The notes below the pieces were generated by a model. That model searched no databases. It was not told the DNA's origin and saw only the letters and a program-made list of their open reading frames with translations. A stretch of DNA of 64,000 nucleotides from the NCBI RefSeq assembly GCF_026571515.1, contig NW_026853973.1, positions 434,001-498,000 of the forward strand, in the 5' to 3' direction. The stretch's first letter is position 1. Each line of letters begins with the position of its first letter. Source of the DNA: Ruditapes philippinarum (taxonomy: Eukaryota). This document shows positions 13,548 to 28,495 of this stretch, piece by piece. Position numbers and translations under genes: made by a program.

Positions 13548-13797
13548 TTAACTCTTAAGCCTGCTGGCAGCAACAGATTCTGCCCTTGAGTGCAGACCAC
13601 GAGTATCTGGCAAATTCATGCTGTCCATTGCAGACCACGAACCACCTGGCACTTCCATGCGGTCTGCTCATGGCCTGCACTGTTTGCTATTCAGTCAAAA
13701 CATATTTTGAAATTTTCCCTGAAAGATGTTTTATTCTCTTGCCTAGTTTGAAAGATGGACAAGTCCATTAAAGATATTTAGCATGGCATGGGTTTAA
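13548..13797. mobile_element. TTAA-flanked non-autonomous DNA transposon (piggyBac/Kolobok-like MITE), degraded; related fragment near 42410-42580
   Basis: TTAA at both ends; internal TGCAGACCA...TGG(C/T)CTGCACTGTT(T/C)GCTATTCAG motif shared with ~42410-42480. Confidence 0.5.
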
Positions 13798-16325
13798 CAA
13801 ATTCATAAGTATATCCTATATATTTTAGAAAAGATAGTCTATTGATAAAGTCCCCTAATTTCTTCTGGGTATTATAGATATATAAAAAAGATTATTTCGT
13901 CAATATTAATATTGTATATGTATTTTTTTCTTTGTTTACTTTGCAACTTAACTATTAACAATGTTCATGTTACTTGATTGCTTAGTGGTATATCTATATA
14001 CATTATAGATATAAAGTAGAATCTATGTTAAAAGGCTTTTTGTATTTCTAGTGTTGCTATTTATAGAATTTAACTGTCTCAATAAGACGTTTTATTATAT
14101 ACTTATATTTGTGAAACATTGAGATGAAATAAAATGCCTATTCTCCTTTTCAGTATTTTCAGTGTAAATATATATTTTTCACTGCAGTGAAACATATTTT
14201 CCTTATTTTCATTGGTGTCTTGCTGGACTACTTTCTTCTAAATTCAGCCATTACACTAAATTTAACTGGAAGTCTTTCAAATTGTGACGTCTAAAAAGAG
14301 AAAAAATTGTATTTAATATTATAAACAGAAAATTCAAGTTTTTTTCCCCTTAAAATACATTAAATATTTCATGAGTGGCAGTAGTGATGTTATAGTACAA
14401 TGTATACAGTACAGTAACTTTCAAAGTTTTGGTGCAAATTGATGGTATCCTCAATAAATCATATAATTTCTTTTGTGCTATATGTATGTTTAACTGATAT
14501 GTTGTTTTTATCATGAACATGATTATATGAATGGTGTGGAAATTATCTCATTAGGTCATAAATTTAAGGTCATTAGTTTAAATCTTTCATAAATAAATGT
14601 TTCTGATTTCTATGTTAAACATTTTCTGGTAGAGATAAAGTAAGACAATTATTTTTCTTCTTATGTTAAAGTAAAAGAGTTTTGCAGTTGTATACGGCTT
14701 GATTAATGAAACATTATATAACTTGTGAATGAACTGCCTTAAAGACTTACAAAATATATGAAGTTCCTATAGAATAATTTAACTTGATAACGAAAAATGT
14801 TCTTACACAATTCCTCCCTGACAACACAACGGTCTGGAAATATTTTTTTCAAGATTTATTTACCATTTGATGAAGGTTTGTACACAAATAACTTGCGTGC
14901 AAATTAATTTTAACAGATCATTTCTCACTTTGTTGTTTATAGACTAATTATTTTTATCATGCAAAATGACCCAAATATGAAAAGTGGGAGAAAGCATTTC
15001 TTTCAATCAGAGTAAGAATCACATAAAAATTGGTTTTCAATTTAATTCTTAGCATATTTCTTTATTATCCTTCGCAGATTTTTTCATTTAAATGCTTTGC
15101 TTGATATATGTAAGATTTTCAAATTATATATTTTTAGGCTTTTGACTTCAGTGGAGCTCCTTTAAAATATTAATGCTAGATGCATGAACAATGTAGTTAT
15201 CATAAAATTAATGTCATTTGTTAACATTTATAGATTAATAGTTAAAGAAAATATGATATGCTCTTATCATTTTTGTTGTTGATACATTTTGTCTTTAACT
15301 TTTTATTTTGCAAATTGATATAATGTTACATATTTCATGATTACTGGTGCTTGAAATACATTTTTTTCAATTTATTATTTTTTTGTGTTTTCTTTTTGGT
15401 GGTGTTAAGACACCATAAAATCAATATTGAATTGTGATGGGAAAATGAGAAATTATTGTTATTGAGTAGTGGAAATATGGCGTGTCACATTGTGTGTGTT
15501 CTATAACTGTTTCCTATGATGTTATTATTCAGTTATTTTGTAAGACTATATGCTTAATCTTACCTTGGAGGTTTCATAGAAGGTGAATTTGAAACTACAG
15601 TTATGAACAGATATTGTTAGTATGGTATTTTATTTCTATGTAACTTTAAGATCATTTGTGCAGCCTGGTGGACAGTGGCTGCTGCTATATTTAGTCTCTT
15701 CATTTTACAGAGTTTTCAGTTACCAAATTTTTTGTTGCCAAATAATGTTTTGGCATTTTACACATACCTGTAGATATTTTCCCCCATTTAATTTTTTTCC
15801 TTGAAAATTTCATTTTGAATATGATTATTTTAGATAGTGCTGTACCAGCCTACTTCTCATAGAAAGTTATATAAGGGTAATGATCATTTTGATTACAATT
15901 TGTTTGGCCTTAAAATTAGTCTCATTGATTAAATAATTTGTCTGTCATTAATCAGTGCTTTATTTTGTAAAGCATTATAAGAAATCATCTCTTGTTTAGT
16001 TATATAAAGGATACAAAATGTTCTGGACAGATCAGAATTCATTGACAAACTTTCCAAATGTATAATTTTCTGCAATATATTAATAAATGAAGATAGTCTG
16101 TATCATATCTTAAGTGTTGTCTATATTTGATAAAAGTTGACCAGTGAAACAGGAATTCTGACCCTAATTTTCAATTACAACTTAAGTATGATTTTCAATT
16201 ACAACTACATGTAAAGTATCAAGTTGGTGTCCAGTTTTTAAGTACATGTACTATTAGATATTGGATGGAATGAATGGTATTTTTTTGTTCAGTTGGTGTA
16301 TGTAATTTTTGTTCTGTTGGTATGT

Positions 16326-19051
16326 TTTTATGCCACCGCAGCATTCTCTGCGATGCGGTGGCATATAGCGATTCACCTGGTGGTGTGTGCGTGTGTGTGT
16401 GTGTTTGTTTGTTTGTTTGTGTGTGTGTGTGTGTTATATAGATTATATAGTGAACTTCAAAAAATCTTCTTGTGAAAAACCACTGGTCCAATTTCAACCA
16501 AACTTGGCAGGATTGATCCTTGTGTGAAGGGCTTCCAAAGTTGTTCAAAAGAATTTCATTCCATGCAGAAATCTGGTTGCCATGGCAACCAAAAGGAATT
16601 ATAAGAATAAATTTAAAAAATCTTCTTGTAAAGACCCAAAAGGCCTAGAGCTTAGATATTTTGCACAAAGCATTGTCTGGTAGACATCTACCAAGATTGT
16701 TCAAATTATAGCCCTGGGGTCAAAAATCGGCCCCCGCCCTGGGGGTCATTGATTTCACTATATGACATATAGTAAAAACGTAAAATACCCTCTTGTAAAG
16801 ACCCAAAAGGCCTAGAGCTTTGATATTTTGCATAAGGCATTGTCTGGTAGACCCTTACCAAGATTGTTTCAAAATGATAGCCCTGGGGTCAAAATCAGCC
16901 CCGCCCGGGGGTCATTGGTTTTCACTATATGTACATATAGTAAAAACTTAAAATACCTTCTTGTAAAGACCCAAAGGCCTAGAGGTTAGATATTTTGCAT
17001 AAGGCATTGTCTGGTAGACTTTCTACCCAGATTGTTCAAATTATAGCCCTGGGGTCAAAATCGGCCCTGCCCCGGGGGTCATTGGTTTTCCTTAGATGTA
17101 TAAAGTAAAACTTATAGTAAAAACAATTGACAAATGATAGAGGTTAGATATTTTGCATGAAAACATTGTGTAGTGAAACCTCTAGCAAGATTGTTCAAAT
17201 TATAGCCCTGGGGTCAAAATCGGCCTCACCCCGGGGGTCATTGATTTTCAATATATACATATAGTAAAAATCTTATTGTCTGAAGGTACAAGGCTTAGAG
17301 CTTTAATATTTGTTAAATGATATAATCTATAGGTACTCTACCAAAGTTGTTCAGATTTTGCCTCTAGTGTCAAAATTAGCCCCGCCCCGGGGGCCATATA
17401 GGTTTTTCCTTATATGTACATAGTAAAAATTTAAAAATCATCTTCTCTAAATTTATTAAGGCTGGAGTTAAGATATTTTGCATGAAACATTGTGTAGTGA
17501 ACCTCTAGCAAGATTGTACAAATTATAGCCCTGGGGTCAAAATTGGCTCCACCCCTAGGGGTCATTGATTTTCACTATGTACATATAGTAAAAAAAATGT
17601 CTTGTCTGAAGGTACTTTAAGGCTTAAGAGATTTTATATTGGGTATGTAATATCATGGGTCCTCTACTAAAAAGTTGTTTTTAAGTATGCCCCTAGAGTT
17701 GAAATTGCCCTGCCCCAGAGGCGATAGTTTTCCTTATATGTATAAAGTTAAAATGTTGGGTCGTCCGTGGCCGAGTGGTTAAGGTCGTTTGACTTCAAAC
17801 CACTTGCCCCTCACCGCTGTGGGTTCGAATCCCGACAGGGACTTTGGATTCTTTCATGTGAGGAAGCTATCCAGCTAGCTTACGGGACGTTGGTGGTTCT
17901 ACTCAGGTGCCCGTTCGTGCCTGAAATAATGCACGGAGGGGGCACCTGAGGTCTTCCTCCACCAGTAAAAGCTGGAACGTCGCGATATGACCTATACTGT
18001 GTTGATGTGACGTAAAACCCAAACAAACAAAAAAAATAAAGTTAAAACTTGAAAAAATTTCTTCTCTGAATTGACAAAGGCTAGAGGTTAAATATATGGC
18101 ATGAGACTTTGCGAAGTGAACTTCTACCAAGATTGTTTCAAATTATAGCCCTTGGGTCAAAATTGGTTCCGACCCGGGGGTCATTGATTTTCATTATGTA
18201 CATATAGTAAAAAAAAAAAAGTATTTTTGTTTGAAGGTACAAGGCATAGAGCTTTGATGTTTGCTATATAATATCATCTATAGGTCCTCTACCAAAGTTG
18301 TTCAAATTTTTCCCTTGGTGTCAAAATTGGCCCTGCCCAGGGGCAGTGATTCTCATTATGAACACATAGTAAAACAGAAAATAAAACAAATGTTTTCTGA
18401 ATGGAGAAAGCTACAGCTTAGATATTTGACTTGAAATGTTGTTTGGTGGACCTGTATCAAGATTGTTTGAAATAAAACCCTTGGGTCAAATTTTGCCTTG
18501 CCCAAGGGGAAAGTGACCTACTTTCTTATCCTTTGATGTACAGCAATGAAATTTTGACCATGTGCACAGTTTTTAAGTTTGTAAAATTGAACTTTGATAT
18601 CAGGTGATCTAGATTTTGATGATGTGACTTACTCTCTTGTCCTTTGATGTACAGCTATGAAAATTTGAACCATGTGCACAGATTAAGATGTAAAGTGAAC
18701 TTTGCTATTAGCTGACTTAGATTTTAACAAAGTGTCTTACTGTGTTGTCCTTTGATATAGTCATGAAATTTAGGCTGTGAGAAATATGACCTTCACCACC
18801 AAATTAACAAGACTCAAGTGCATTGATATATTCCTACTCTGATCTTTTGTTGGATTAACAATAGATTCAACCACTAATCTGTTGATAAGAATTAGATAGG
18901 TCAGGGATCTATGCATTATGACAATCTTCAATTGTATAGAAACAAAAATATCCGTTCCTACACTACTATTTATTGTTGTATTAATGCACACTACTATTTA
19001 GTGCTGTATTAATGCGGTGGCATAGCATTTTTCTCAAATGCAATCTTGTTT
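16326..19051 (+). mobile_element. HINE/DINE-like element (copy 2), longer, interrupted by a SINE
   Basis: Same termini, microsatellite and core repeats as 7746-9470; inserted in a T-run of a short local repeat (TTTTTGTTCNGTTGGT on both sides). Confidence 0.85.
17754..18035 (+). mobile_element. Full-length tRNA-derived SINE (central domain possibly Meta/MESC type)
   Basis: A box TGGCCGAGTGG, B box GGTTCGAATCC, conserved body, (AAAC)n/A tail, 12-bp TSD ATAAAGTTAAAA at 17742-17753 and 18036-18047. Confidence 0.9.
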
Positions 19052-19312
19052 TTTGTTCCGTTGGTAAATGTTTCGTGCTAAGTTGGGTATAAGTGATCTT
19101 TTTGTATTACCAATTCATGGTGAATCATTTCAGAGAATCTTTGCATTGTTAATATACATGAATAAATTGTCTAAAAATTCACGTTTTGTTGGTTTATTTT
19201 TTAGCTCCCTGAGATAACACAAAGTGTACTTTAAATAGCAGACCTCCATCTATTCTACAAAGGAACACATTCTTAAAACCACTATCAGGCGGCCTAGCTT
19301 CAATTAAACTTT

Positions 19313-20452
19313 AACTAGAATTATGTCTATAGGACACGGGTGCCCCCACCGCGCCACTGCTCTGTCAATCTTATGATTAGGTCAAATATTTTTTGAAAAC
19401 TAAAAATCTTTTACTAAGTAAAGGGCAAGAACTTTACAATTACTGAATAAATCCACAAGCAAACCCAAGGTGCATAAGTACACATGCTGACCAACATTCT
19501 TGTAAACTTTCAGACCTACAAGTGAAATACTTTTTGAGCTATGCATGAACAAGTTGAAAATTGCAAATCTATACTACTGTAAGTCAAGGGCAATAACTCT
19601 TACAAAACTGAAAAACAATCCACATGTAAAAGTCCCAGGTTCATTGCTTTACAGTGATGTGAATCATTATTCCTGTAATTTAGTGATGTTGATCATTATT
19701 CCTGTAAAGTTTGTTGATTCTAGCTCAAGCACTCGAGGAACAAATAACAACATAATGAAACGGTTTTTACTAAGTCAAGGGAAATAACTACAAATACTGG
19801 ATAAATCCACAAGCGAAACCCCAGGTGCAAAACTAAATATGCTGAGCAACCTTCCCGTAAGGTTTATTGACTATGTCAAATCCTTTTTGAGTTACATGCG
19901 ACACAAGTTGAAAATTGCAAAGATTTTCTTAGTCAAGGGCAATAACTCTAAAAATACTAAATAAATCCAGACGAAAACACCCGGGTGCACAACAACACAT
20001 GCTGATCAACATTCCTGTAAAGTTTTATGACTAGGTCAAATCCTTTTTGAGTTACATGCGACACAAGTTGAAAATTGCAAAACTTTACTAAGTCAAGGGC
20101 AATAACTCTAAAAATATCCAGACGAAAATACCCAGGTGCACAACTACATATGCTGATCAACAATCCTGTAAAGTTTCATGACTCTAGGTCAAATCCTTTT
20201 TGAGTTACATGCGACACAAGTTGAAAATTGCAAAATTTTTACAAAGTCAAGGGCAATAACTCTACAAATTTAAAAATATCCAGACGAAAATACCCAGGTG
20301 CACAACTACATATGCTGATCAACATACCAGTAAAGTTTCATGACTCTTGGTCAAATACTTTTTGAGTTACATTGGACACAAAAGAGAACGGACGGAAGGA
20401 CGGACGGACAAGGGTAAATCTAAATGCCCGCCACTAAAGTGGGGGCACAAAA
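19313..20452 (-). mobile_element. Second HINE/DINE-like family with ~155-160-bp core repeats and (GTCC)n microsatellite
   Basis: Sub-terminal inverted GTGCCCCCAC / GTGGGGGCAC, (GGAC)n at ~20390-20410, tandem cores. Confidence 0.8.
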
Positions 20453-23400
20453 ATATAATGCTTACAGGATGGTATATTAATTACACTGATAAGAATTATA
20501 TCAGATGATACAAAACTTGTTCCCCATCGCCCCATAAAAATACAGATTTTCTTAACAAATTTCTTAACTTATGATAGACAGGTGTTACCTTAGTCCACTA
20601 GTAAGATTATAAACTTTTAGTTTTATTTAACTTTAGGAATAATGAAGGACTAGATACGATGTTCGTTAACACAAGAAAATAACTTAATTTTCAGTGCAAA
20701 TTTAAAGCATAGACATGAAATTAATGTTTGTTGCAAATTAAAGATGAGTTTCAAAAAAAAAAATAATGTTTGAAATAAGCAGTTTTACTCAAATACCAGA
20801 TATTGGCGAGAAACGTGCCAATCACTCCTCAAGAAACACTTGAATACCACTCGGCATTTCAGATGTTGTAGAGAAAAAAAATACTTTCTTTTGGTCATTA
20901 CAAAATTTGTACATTCCTCTAGGTCTTCCATAATGCTTTACAGATATTGAAACGTCACATATATGCTGGAAAATAATGGAATGACAATATATTGTCCGTC
21001 AGGACTCTTTATTTGGACTTACTGTAAATAAGGTGTTTTTATTGTTAGAGATAATGACCGTATATAACTATAAATCAAATAAATAATTACAAAACTGTGA
21101 ACTAATGGTCTGCTCTTAATAACCTAAACAACTTTACCAGATATCAAAATATTCTAAAATCACCTATATATCATGATATATGCTATATAACCAGTTTGTA
21201 TACGGTTGTAAGCTGATAACAATCACTCATGTATATCAATAGATGCTATATAACCCGTTGTGCTGTTGTAAGCATGTGAAGATGGTTATTTGAGTATAAC
21301 AAACAACTGTTTATACCTGTAAATATTACCTGTCTACCAAGAATTCTTTTGCTTGAATTCATAGCAGCAGTCATATAGAAAATGCAAATACCACGATCGT
21401 TGTTGGCTTGTTGCACTTTTAATACACAAAATAAAAGGGAATTCTTCCTATTCATAAGGTTAAAGAGAAAAAGTATATAAAGCACATAATAAACAGAAAA
21501 TTTAAGTTTTTTTAATTAATACAGGATTTATTTTCATCTTGTATGAAAATTTTCACAATCATATTTTTCTTATGGCTACTGCCGCCCGCGAAATATTTAT
21601 TTTCATACCACTCGATGAAAATAAATCCATTATTTATAGAAGAAACTTGAATATCCTCAATATATACTGAAATAGAATATTATTAGTATTAGTATTAGTA
21701 TTTCGCAGCGTTATAGCGTAGGCGTTGATTACGTCCTACTTTTTCTGGCGCTTGAATGACGTAAGCACGTCGGGTCACATTTATATCATTCAGGCTATAT
21801 TCTCCCGTATATATCCCGTCAACTACTCACATAACTAATAATATACATGGCGTACGTGTAATATTGCTTGATAGTTGCTGAATGATCAAGAAAATCATGC
21901 ACACGCATTTGTTGAATACGGATTAAATTTGACATTGTGATTTGAAGTAAATCATCTCAAATAGTGCTTCTATGTCTCCACCAGTCAAGTTCTATGGTTT
22001 CATAATGGCTTGGTAAATAAGAGTATTGGTGTCATATTTTGATGGCACTGATAAAAAGTATTATTTTACAGACATATGAAAGACTGTTGGATAATTTTGC
22101 CACATTAAAGAGGTAAAACCTTTTAGGAGAATCCGTATAATAAATTCTTTTAACATCAAAATTCCGACCAAGGAATTTGAAGGGATTGCTACTTTGAAGA
22201 TTTCTGAAAGAAAATTAATATGGGAATGGTGTTATTGCATGAAAAATATATTTATTTACATTGTCATCAGTAACAGACTATTTTTCTTTATTTCTTCCAT
22301 GAACCAAGAGTATTTAGTGTCTTTGATTTCTGATATGATCAGGAACGATGATCAACTATTCTCAAAGAAACGAAGCTTTGCTTTTTTTTATTAAACTTTT
22401 GTTATACAAAAAGAACATCTGTGGGTGTTTCTATAAAATGCAAAACGTTTGTTATTTTCGCAAAACAAACTTGTTAATGGAAGTTATTAATCGTATTAGG
22501 CGAGTATAGTTGAATTTGATAAGAAAAGAATTTTGATAGGGTGGTAATTCAGATACAGTCTGTAGAGCATAAAGAATTATTAAGTGATTTTTCTTGACAA
22601 CTTGACAGTAAGACGGTATTGTTCTGAGAGCAGATAACCATTTATCATATCATATAATTATGGAAGGGATATATCAGGTAATTAAGTCCGAATCTGTATA
22701 ATATCTGTATAATATATTTACATGAAATTCGGCTAATCTTATCAAATAAAAGTTCGACATAATTACTTGTAAAGGTTCTGTCTAAAAGGAAATGACAATT
22801 CATTATTGGATTTAACCATTACGATGACCAAAAACCAGAGGATTATACTTTACGTACATCAGCGATACTGACAACAAATTTACACACCAAAAAACAAAAC
22901 AAAAAACCCCCCAAAAAAACAACAACAACAAGTAACCAAAAGAACGCATGGACTTTGTATAACACCTATCAGTAAAAGAAGGGATTTTCTTCCGGGCTAC
23001 ATTTATATTGTGAAGATGTCGTCATCTAATACGTTTTCAAACTTTATAGAAAAAATACAGTGAAAGAAATTTCGAATAGTTAGTTATTTATGAAATAATT
23101 GCATCTATATTTATTATATATTACATGCGTATACATGTACTTGATAGTCACTCGATGACCCTTACTGTTATATTCAATGATCTTAATACCTTAATCTAGA
23201 TTTTCTTTCCAACAAATAAGTCATATACAATACGGGCTTGATTAAATGAGATATGTTATCACCGAAGAAGAAAGAAGAAAAAAGAAATAAATCGTAGAGC
23301 TAAAGCTATTTAATAAAATTAAAAGTTCAAAGATTCAAGTTAAAAAAACAAAGTTCTGTCTAAAAGTCTTAAACAACTTATAAATCTTTTCTTTTTGTAT

Positions 23401-25237
23401 CATAAAAAACAAATGGTTCGTTCTTAAACTTTTGTGTCAACATTATAGATTTTTAAAGGAAAGGGAACTGCATTGACGTTGTCACATGTTATAACATCTG
23501 GGTTATGCAACATGTATAATTTCTTTGAAAGTTCAAAATTCCATTTCTTTATGTCAAAGCTTCTTTGCTATATTTGCATTCATTTATCAATATATTTTTT
23601 TATTACAAATACAAAGTATTTCAATAAATTTAATCATAGATGGTTATTATAATAATATTTTCAAAGATATTTTCTGAGTAAATCAACAAATCTTGGACAT
23701 ACTATAATATAAAGAATATATTACAGCACTGACAATATCTCTGATCACGAAGAATATTTCCACTAACTTACCTATTTACCTTAACCCCTAAGTGTTACAA
23801 TATAAATTAAAGGATCTAAATTATTTTAAAGTTTTACTGATAGTCATATTCAAAAATGAGTAAGGTTCTGAATAAAAAATATTGTGTTTTTCTCCTTTAA
23901 AATATACCTGTTATAATGATTCTATCTAGTTTTCAAAATCTATCAAGTACATTATTGATTTTTATTTTCACTTCTTGTCGTCTTTTGACGGTTCTTGTCC
24001 ACAGGGACCCAGCACAGTGTTGGGATAGTTCTAGCAATAAATGTGCATGTTGTATATATAATATATAGACAAGTGGTTGAACTCGCCTAATCCGCCGTGT
24101 GCCACTTGTCCAGTATAAGTCAAAATTGCAAAGTCATTTTTACGTAAATCATATAAAGCTATATATCGAATTGAAGCTTAATGACATCACCACTAGACGT
24201 TAACAATGACATAATTGTCCCCACTCAAACTGTTTTTAAACAACAAACTCGATTTTCTACGTTTGTGCATTGAACTACTTTTCGGCTCAAAAATTCATCT
24301 CTTTGGCTAATACTTTGGAAATTGCTGAAGGTAGATATCACAACCTTCTGCTTTAAATAAAACCGTTCAGGGCATGGGTGGTGACGAAAAGTTGTAGCGA
24401 AAGTTACCATTGTACTTTAACAGGCGGATGTGCCGTCATTAAACAAATATGCTACACACGCATAAAAGTACGTAAATACATACATTCATTCTGAGGAGAC
24501 GGATTGGATATAAGCAAATGGTTGCTGATCCTAAGTTTGTGGTAAAAATATTGGCATTGTAAGAAGCCTGAGGAAAGTAAAAACTCGAAAGGGTACACTG
24601 CTACTGGCTAAGATTAAAATGCTTTATCTTTTTTCTTTGACAATCTAATACTAAGGAAGAAGTAACCGATTTTGAGTTAACCAGAAAAAGAGATAGTTTT
24701 GTATAATTACTGTTGCCAAAAAAGGCCAAGTGTTCTAACCATTCGTGGCTGTAGCCATCCCGCAAACCAAATCGGCCACACATGTAAGCATTTATTAAAT
24801 CTCCAAACAATGTTCAAGTAATTCAGTATCATCAAAAAGATCTTACGTATTCTTGGCCGGATACATGTGAATTAATAAAGACATGTTTATTTAAGAAATT
24901 GCCTTAAGGTCTTAATCAGAAAGTATTTTAACCAACTAATTAAAAAGATTCACCAGAAGTTAACTAAATACTAAGACACTATAATTTGTTTTCAATCTTT
25001 AGTTCATCATTTTTGTATTAAAAAGTGATATTTTGATCTATTCTCCCCTTTTCCTAAAAACAATTAATTTCGACCTTTTGTTATTAACAGTGACTTTCCA
25101 TAAATCGCAATTCATCAGCTAAACATTCAATAAATCTTATATTTAGACTTTACACCTCAGTGTATCTCCTTTAAGTGTTAAGAGGATATATAAATAGATA
25201 AAGTAATTTATAAGAGGAATTCACGTGTGAAAATTAA

Positions 25238-25449
25238 GGGGCCTCCGTGGCCGAGTGGTTAAGGTCGCTGACTTGAGATCACAGGTCCCTCACCGCTGTA
25301 GGTTCGATCCTCACTCGAAATCTTTCATGTGAGGAAGCCATCCAGCTGGCTTACGGAAGGTCGGTGGTTCTACCCAGGTGCCCGCTCGTGCCTGAAATAA
25401 TGCCCGGAGGGCACCTGGGGTCTTCCTCCACCAATAAAGCTGGAAAAAA
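25238..25449 (+). mobile_element. tRNA-derived SINE, same family as 17754, normal 3' tail absent
   Basis: GGGGCCTCCGTGGCCGAGTGGTTAAGG head, B box, shared body. Confidence 0.85.
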
Positions 25450-28400
25450 ATCGACGAAAAAATCTCGGCGGGACGCTCTAGGATGGCCCGACTTGAGTGT
25501 ACGGTCGCCCATATGGGTTTCCGGCGGCGACCTTAAATAAACGCATTAAAAAAAAAAGAAAAAAAAGAAAATTAAACATAATCCACTGATTATTATGATA
25601 CCTTATATCATCATTTTCAAATAATCTGATAAAAAAAAAAATATAATACGAGCATTTACGTATTATGATAATGAGCCATGGCAAAAAATCGTTAGTTCAA
25701 ATTATGAAACATCCGACTTATCAGTATCGCCGTTTCATAAGCATTTCTTAGATATTTCTATGTTTCAAACATCAAATACCAGGGTGCATATTATGACATT
25801 CAACATTTAGTTCTGTCAATTCCATCACATAAAAAAGAATGTAAAATTTATAGAAAATACCTCGACACAAATGCTTACTCTCAATAATAAATACCCACAT
25901 TACAATGTAGTTATTTTGTACAAGATCTTGGAACTTTGCACGTGACTTAAACCTTAAACAAAGAAGGTTTGAATCATGCGCACAGCGGTGAATATTTGTG
26001 CCAAGTTATAATAATCCCTCCTTGTATAAAGTTTCATTAAGGTCAAGTGTAGAGTTTCGCTCTGTCCTCTAGGTATGACCTTGGCCTTTGACCTAGAGAC
26101 CTTATTTATGTGCGTAACACATGTGAAGTAATATAAAGATCAATCAGCATGTGGAGAATATGCTCTAGAAAATTATGGACATTTCATCATCTGTGTTGAA
26201 ATGATGATGCATACATTGACCTTCATAATGCTTGTTGAAAAACTTTACATCTTATTTCATATAATTTTATATACCGACAATCCCTCAAAACTACAAAATT
26301 GTCAATACACACAGTTTCTGTTTTGTTTGACTTAAGACCTGTAGATGCATGCAAATTTATAAGCTCTGGGCATTCTTGTTTTATACAAAAGAATATATGT
26401 CATCAGTCTACTTAAGGCATGTGACCACAGAAAATGACTAAGTTTGACCTCAAGATAATTGTAAGTGAAAACTTGATGCTATGCCTTTTGCCACAGGGAC
26501 CTAAAGTTAAGGCACATCACTCTGCCATGCAATAGTGAACATTTAGCCGTGTTACATTAGCCTTGCTCCGAACAAATATTTTCCTCTAACTGTAAGCGTG
26601 ACCTTGCACATTGACACAAAAATCTTGTTCATGCGCATGATACTTTGCCTAATGGTGGTGATCATTTGTATAAATCTATATTAAAATCCATACATGCATT
26701 CATATGCTCCAAAACACGTGGACATTTCATAATATCTTATGACTTGACCAAGATTATGCTGGTCAAGCTCATTACTGATATTCTTCTTTATTTCAATACT
26801 ACCGAATTGTTCAAATATTTTTATTTGACTTTTGAGTTCTAAAATGATAGTAGCCCTGGCTGCAGGGATATACATTATGCGCGAGACACCGTCTTAAAAT
26901 AATGATCTTGTGTACCAATTTATATAAAAATCCCTCAATTTATGTTTTGCTCAAGCTGTTTTTGCCACTAAGTATTACGCAAGGACAACATCGTGTAGTG
27001 GTGGTTAGTTATCTTTTTTCAAATCCGGATACTGCCTGGTCACAGCCTGATGTATAATAACCATTCTGAAAAAGAGCAAATCGCTTGTTCTTCTAGCAAA
27101 AAAGGTATGTAATACGTTGTCTCTACTGAAATTAGTTATTCGATAGCAATACCAGTTTTAAATTGATAACAAAGAAATGTAAGACTTATGTAGCAGCTTT
27201 ATTTATTATTATTGTTTACACAAATCAACATGCGCCATAACAGATAAAGAAGAAAACAAACTTTTACACAAAAAATAAAACGGAACACGAATGCTTGCTA
27301 TACAAGTTTCTGGTTAATTATTATTGTAATATCTTGATTAGCATAAAATAATGAAAATACTGTAGTACAACTGATAAACAAGAGGACGGCTAAAACGGGA
27401 CAATATACGCAATATACAAATGAAAATTTGTTTGAGTAAATAAAATAATATTTCAATTAGGAAAGAGACCCGTTCACAAAATTCGATTCAAAAATGTGTC
27501 ATCCTTATTATCCTAATGACCTCAGGATGGGAGCATTTTTGATCCTAGTGCAGAATTTATATAACTTGTGTAGCGGTCTACTTGGCAATGATACATGCGA
27601 ATTTATAAGCTCTGAACATTCTTGTTTTCTCATCAGTCTACATAAGGCATTTGGCCACAGGGAAGGACTTATTTTGACCCCCGGATTAATGTAACAACTT
27701 GATGCTACATGCCAAATATCTTCGCTCTTGGTATTGTAATTTCATATAAAAAGACTTAAATCCATTTGGTTTCCTGTAAGGGTCTATATAAACCAAGTGA
27801 CCCCAGGGGAGAGGCCAATATTGGGACATGGCAATGCTTTACACCAAATATCTTACATCTTGCATTGAAGTTCCACACATAAGTCTTAAATATCTTTTTC
27901 CTATACAAGTCTATATAAATAAAATGATACATGTGAACTAATAAAGATATGTTCACAAATATTAATACTAATTGACTCATGAGGCATAATTATTATTACT
28001 TTTGTACATTTTACTGTGATATAATTAAAACTTCATTATTTTTCTATACAAGACATAAATGAAACTAACAAATAAAATACAGCTAGAAATTCAGACATTT
28101 TATGCAATATACATGTCAAGTAATCACTGAAATTTTTAATGATACAGTTTAATATTTTTCGTATTTAAAACATCTACAATCTATATGACATTAAATATGA
28201 GTAATCAAAACAACTATTCATTTTGATAAACAAATCATTTTATTGTTACCAATACTGAGTAAAGAATTAATGTAAAGGTTCGCATATGAATCATATATCA
28301 ATTACCTGTACATCTTCAGTTTGCATGCCTTGAAAACGCACGCACGCACGCACACACACAATTTTGCTCATAACAAAAGTTTGCTCATACGCATGCTTTT

Positions 28401-28495
28401 TTATATTGTTTCAAATATTTTTAAAATAAACATACAAAATATTAAGAAAGAATATTTGTTTCCATCTCTACAATATTTATTTAACTCTTTATGTT

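Noticed and set aside
17758-17840. tRNA gene (also 25238 and 54534)
   Set aside because: The tRNA-like heads are fused to a SINE body or lack a pairing acceptor stem.
24601-24810. MCGRF motif resembling the SRAP/HMCES N-terminus
   Set aside because: Only five residues match, with no further SRAP motifs or convincing exons.
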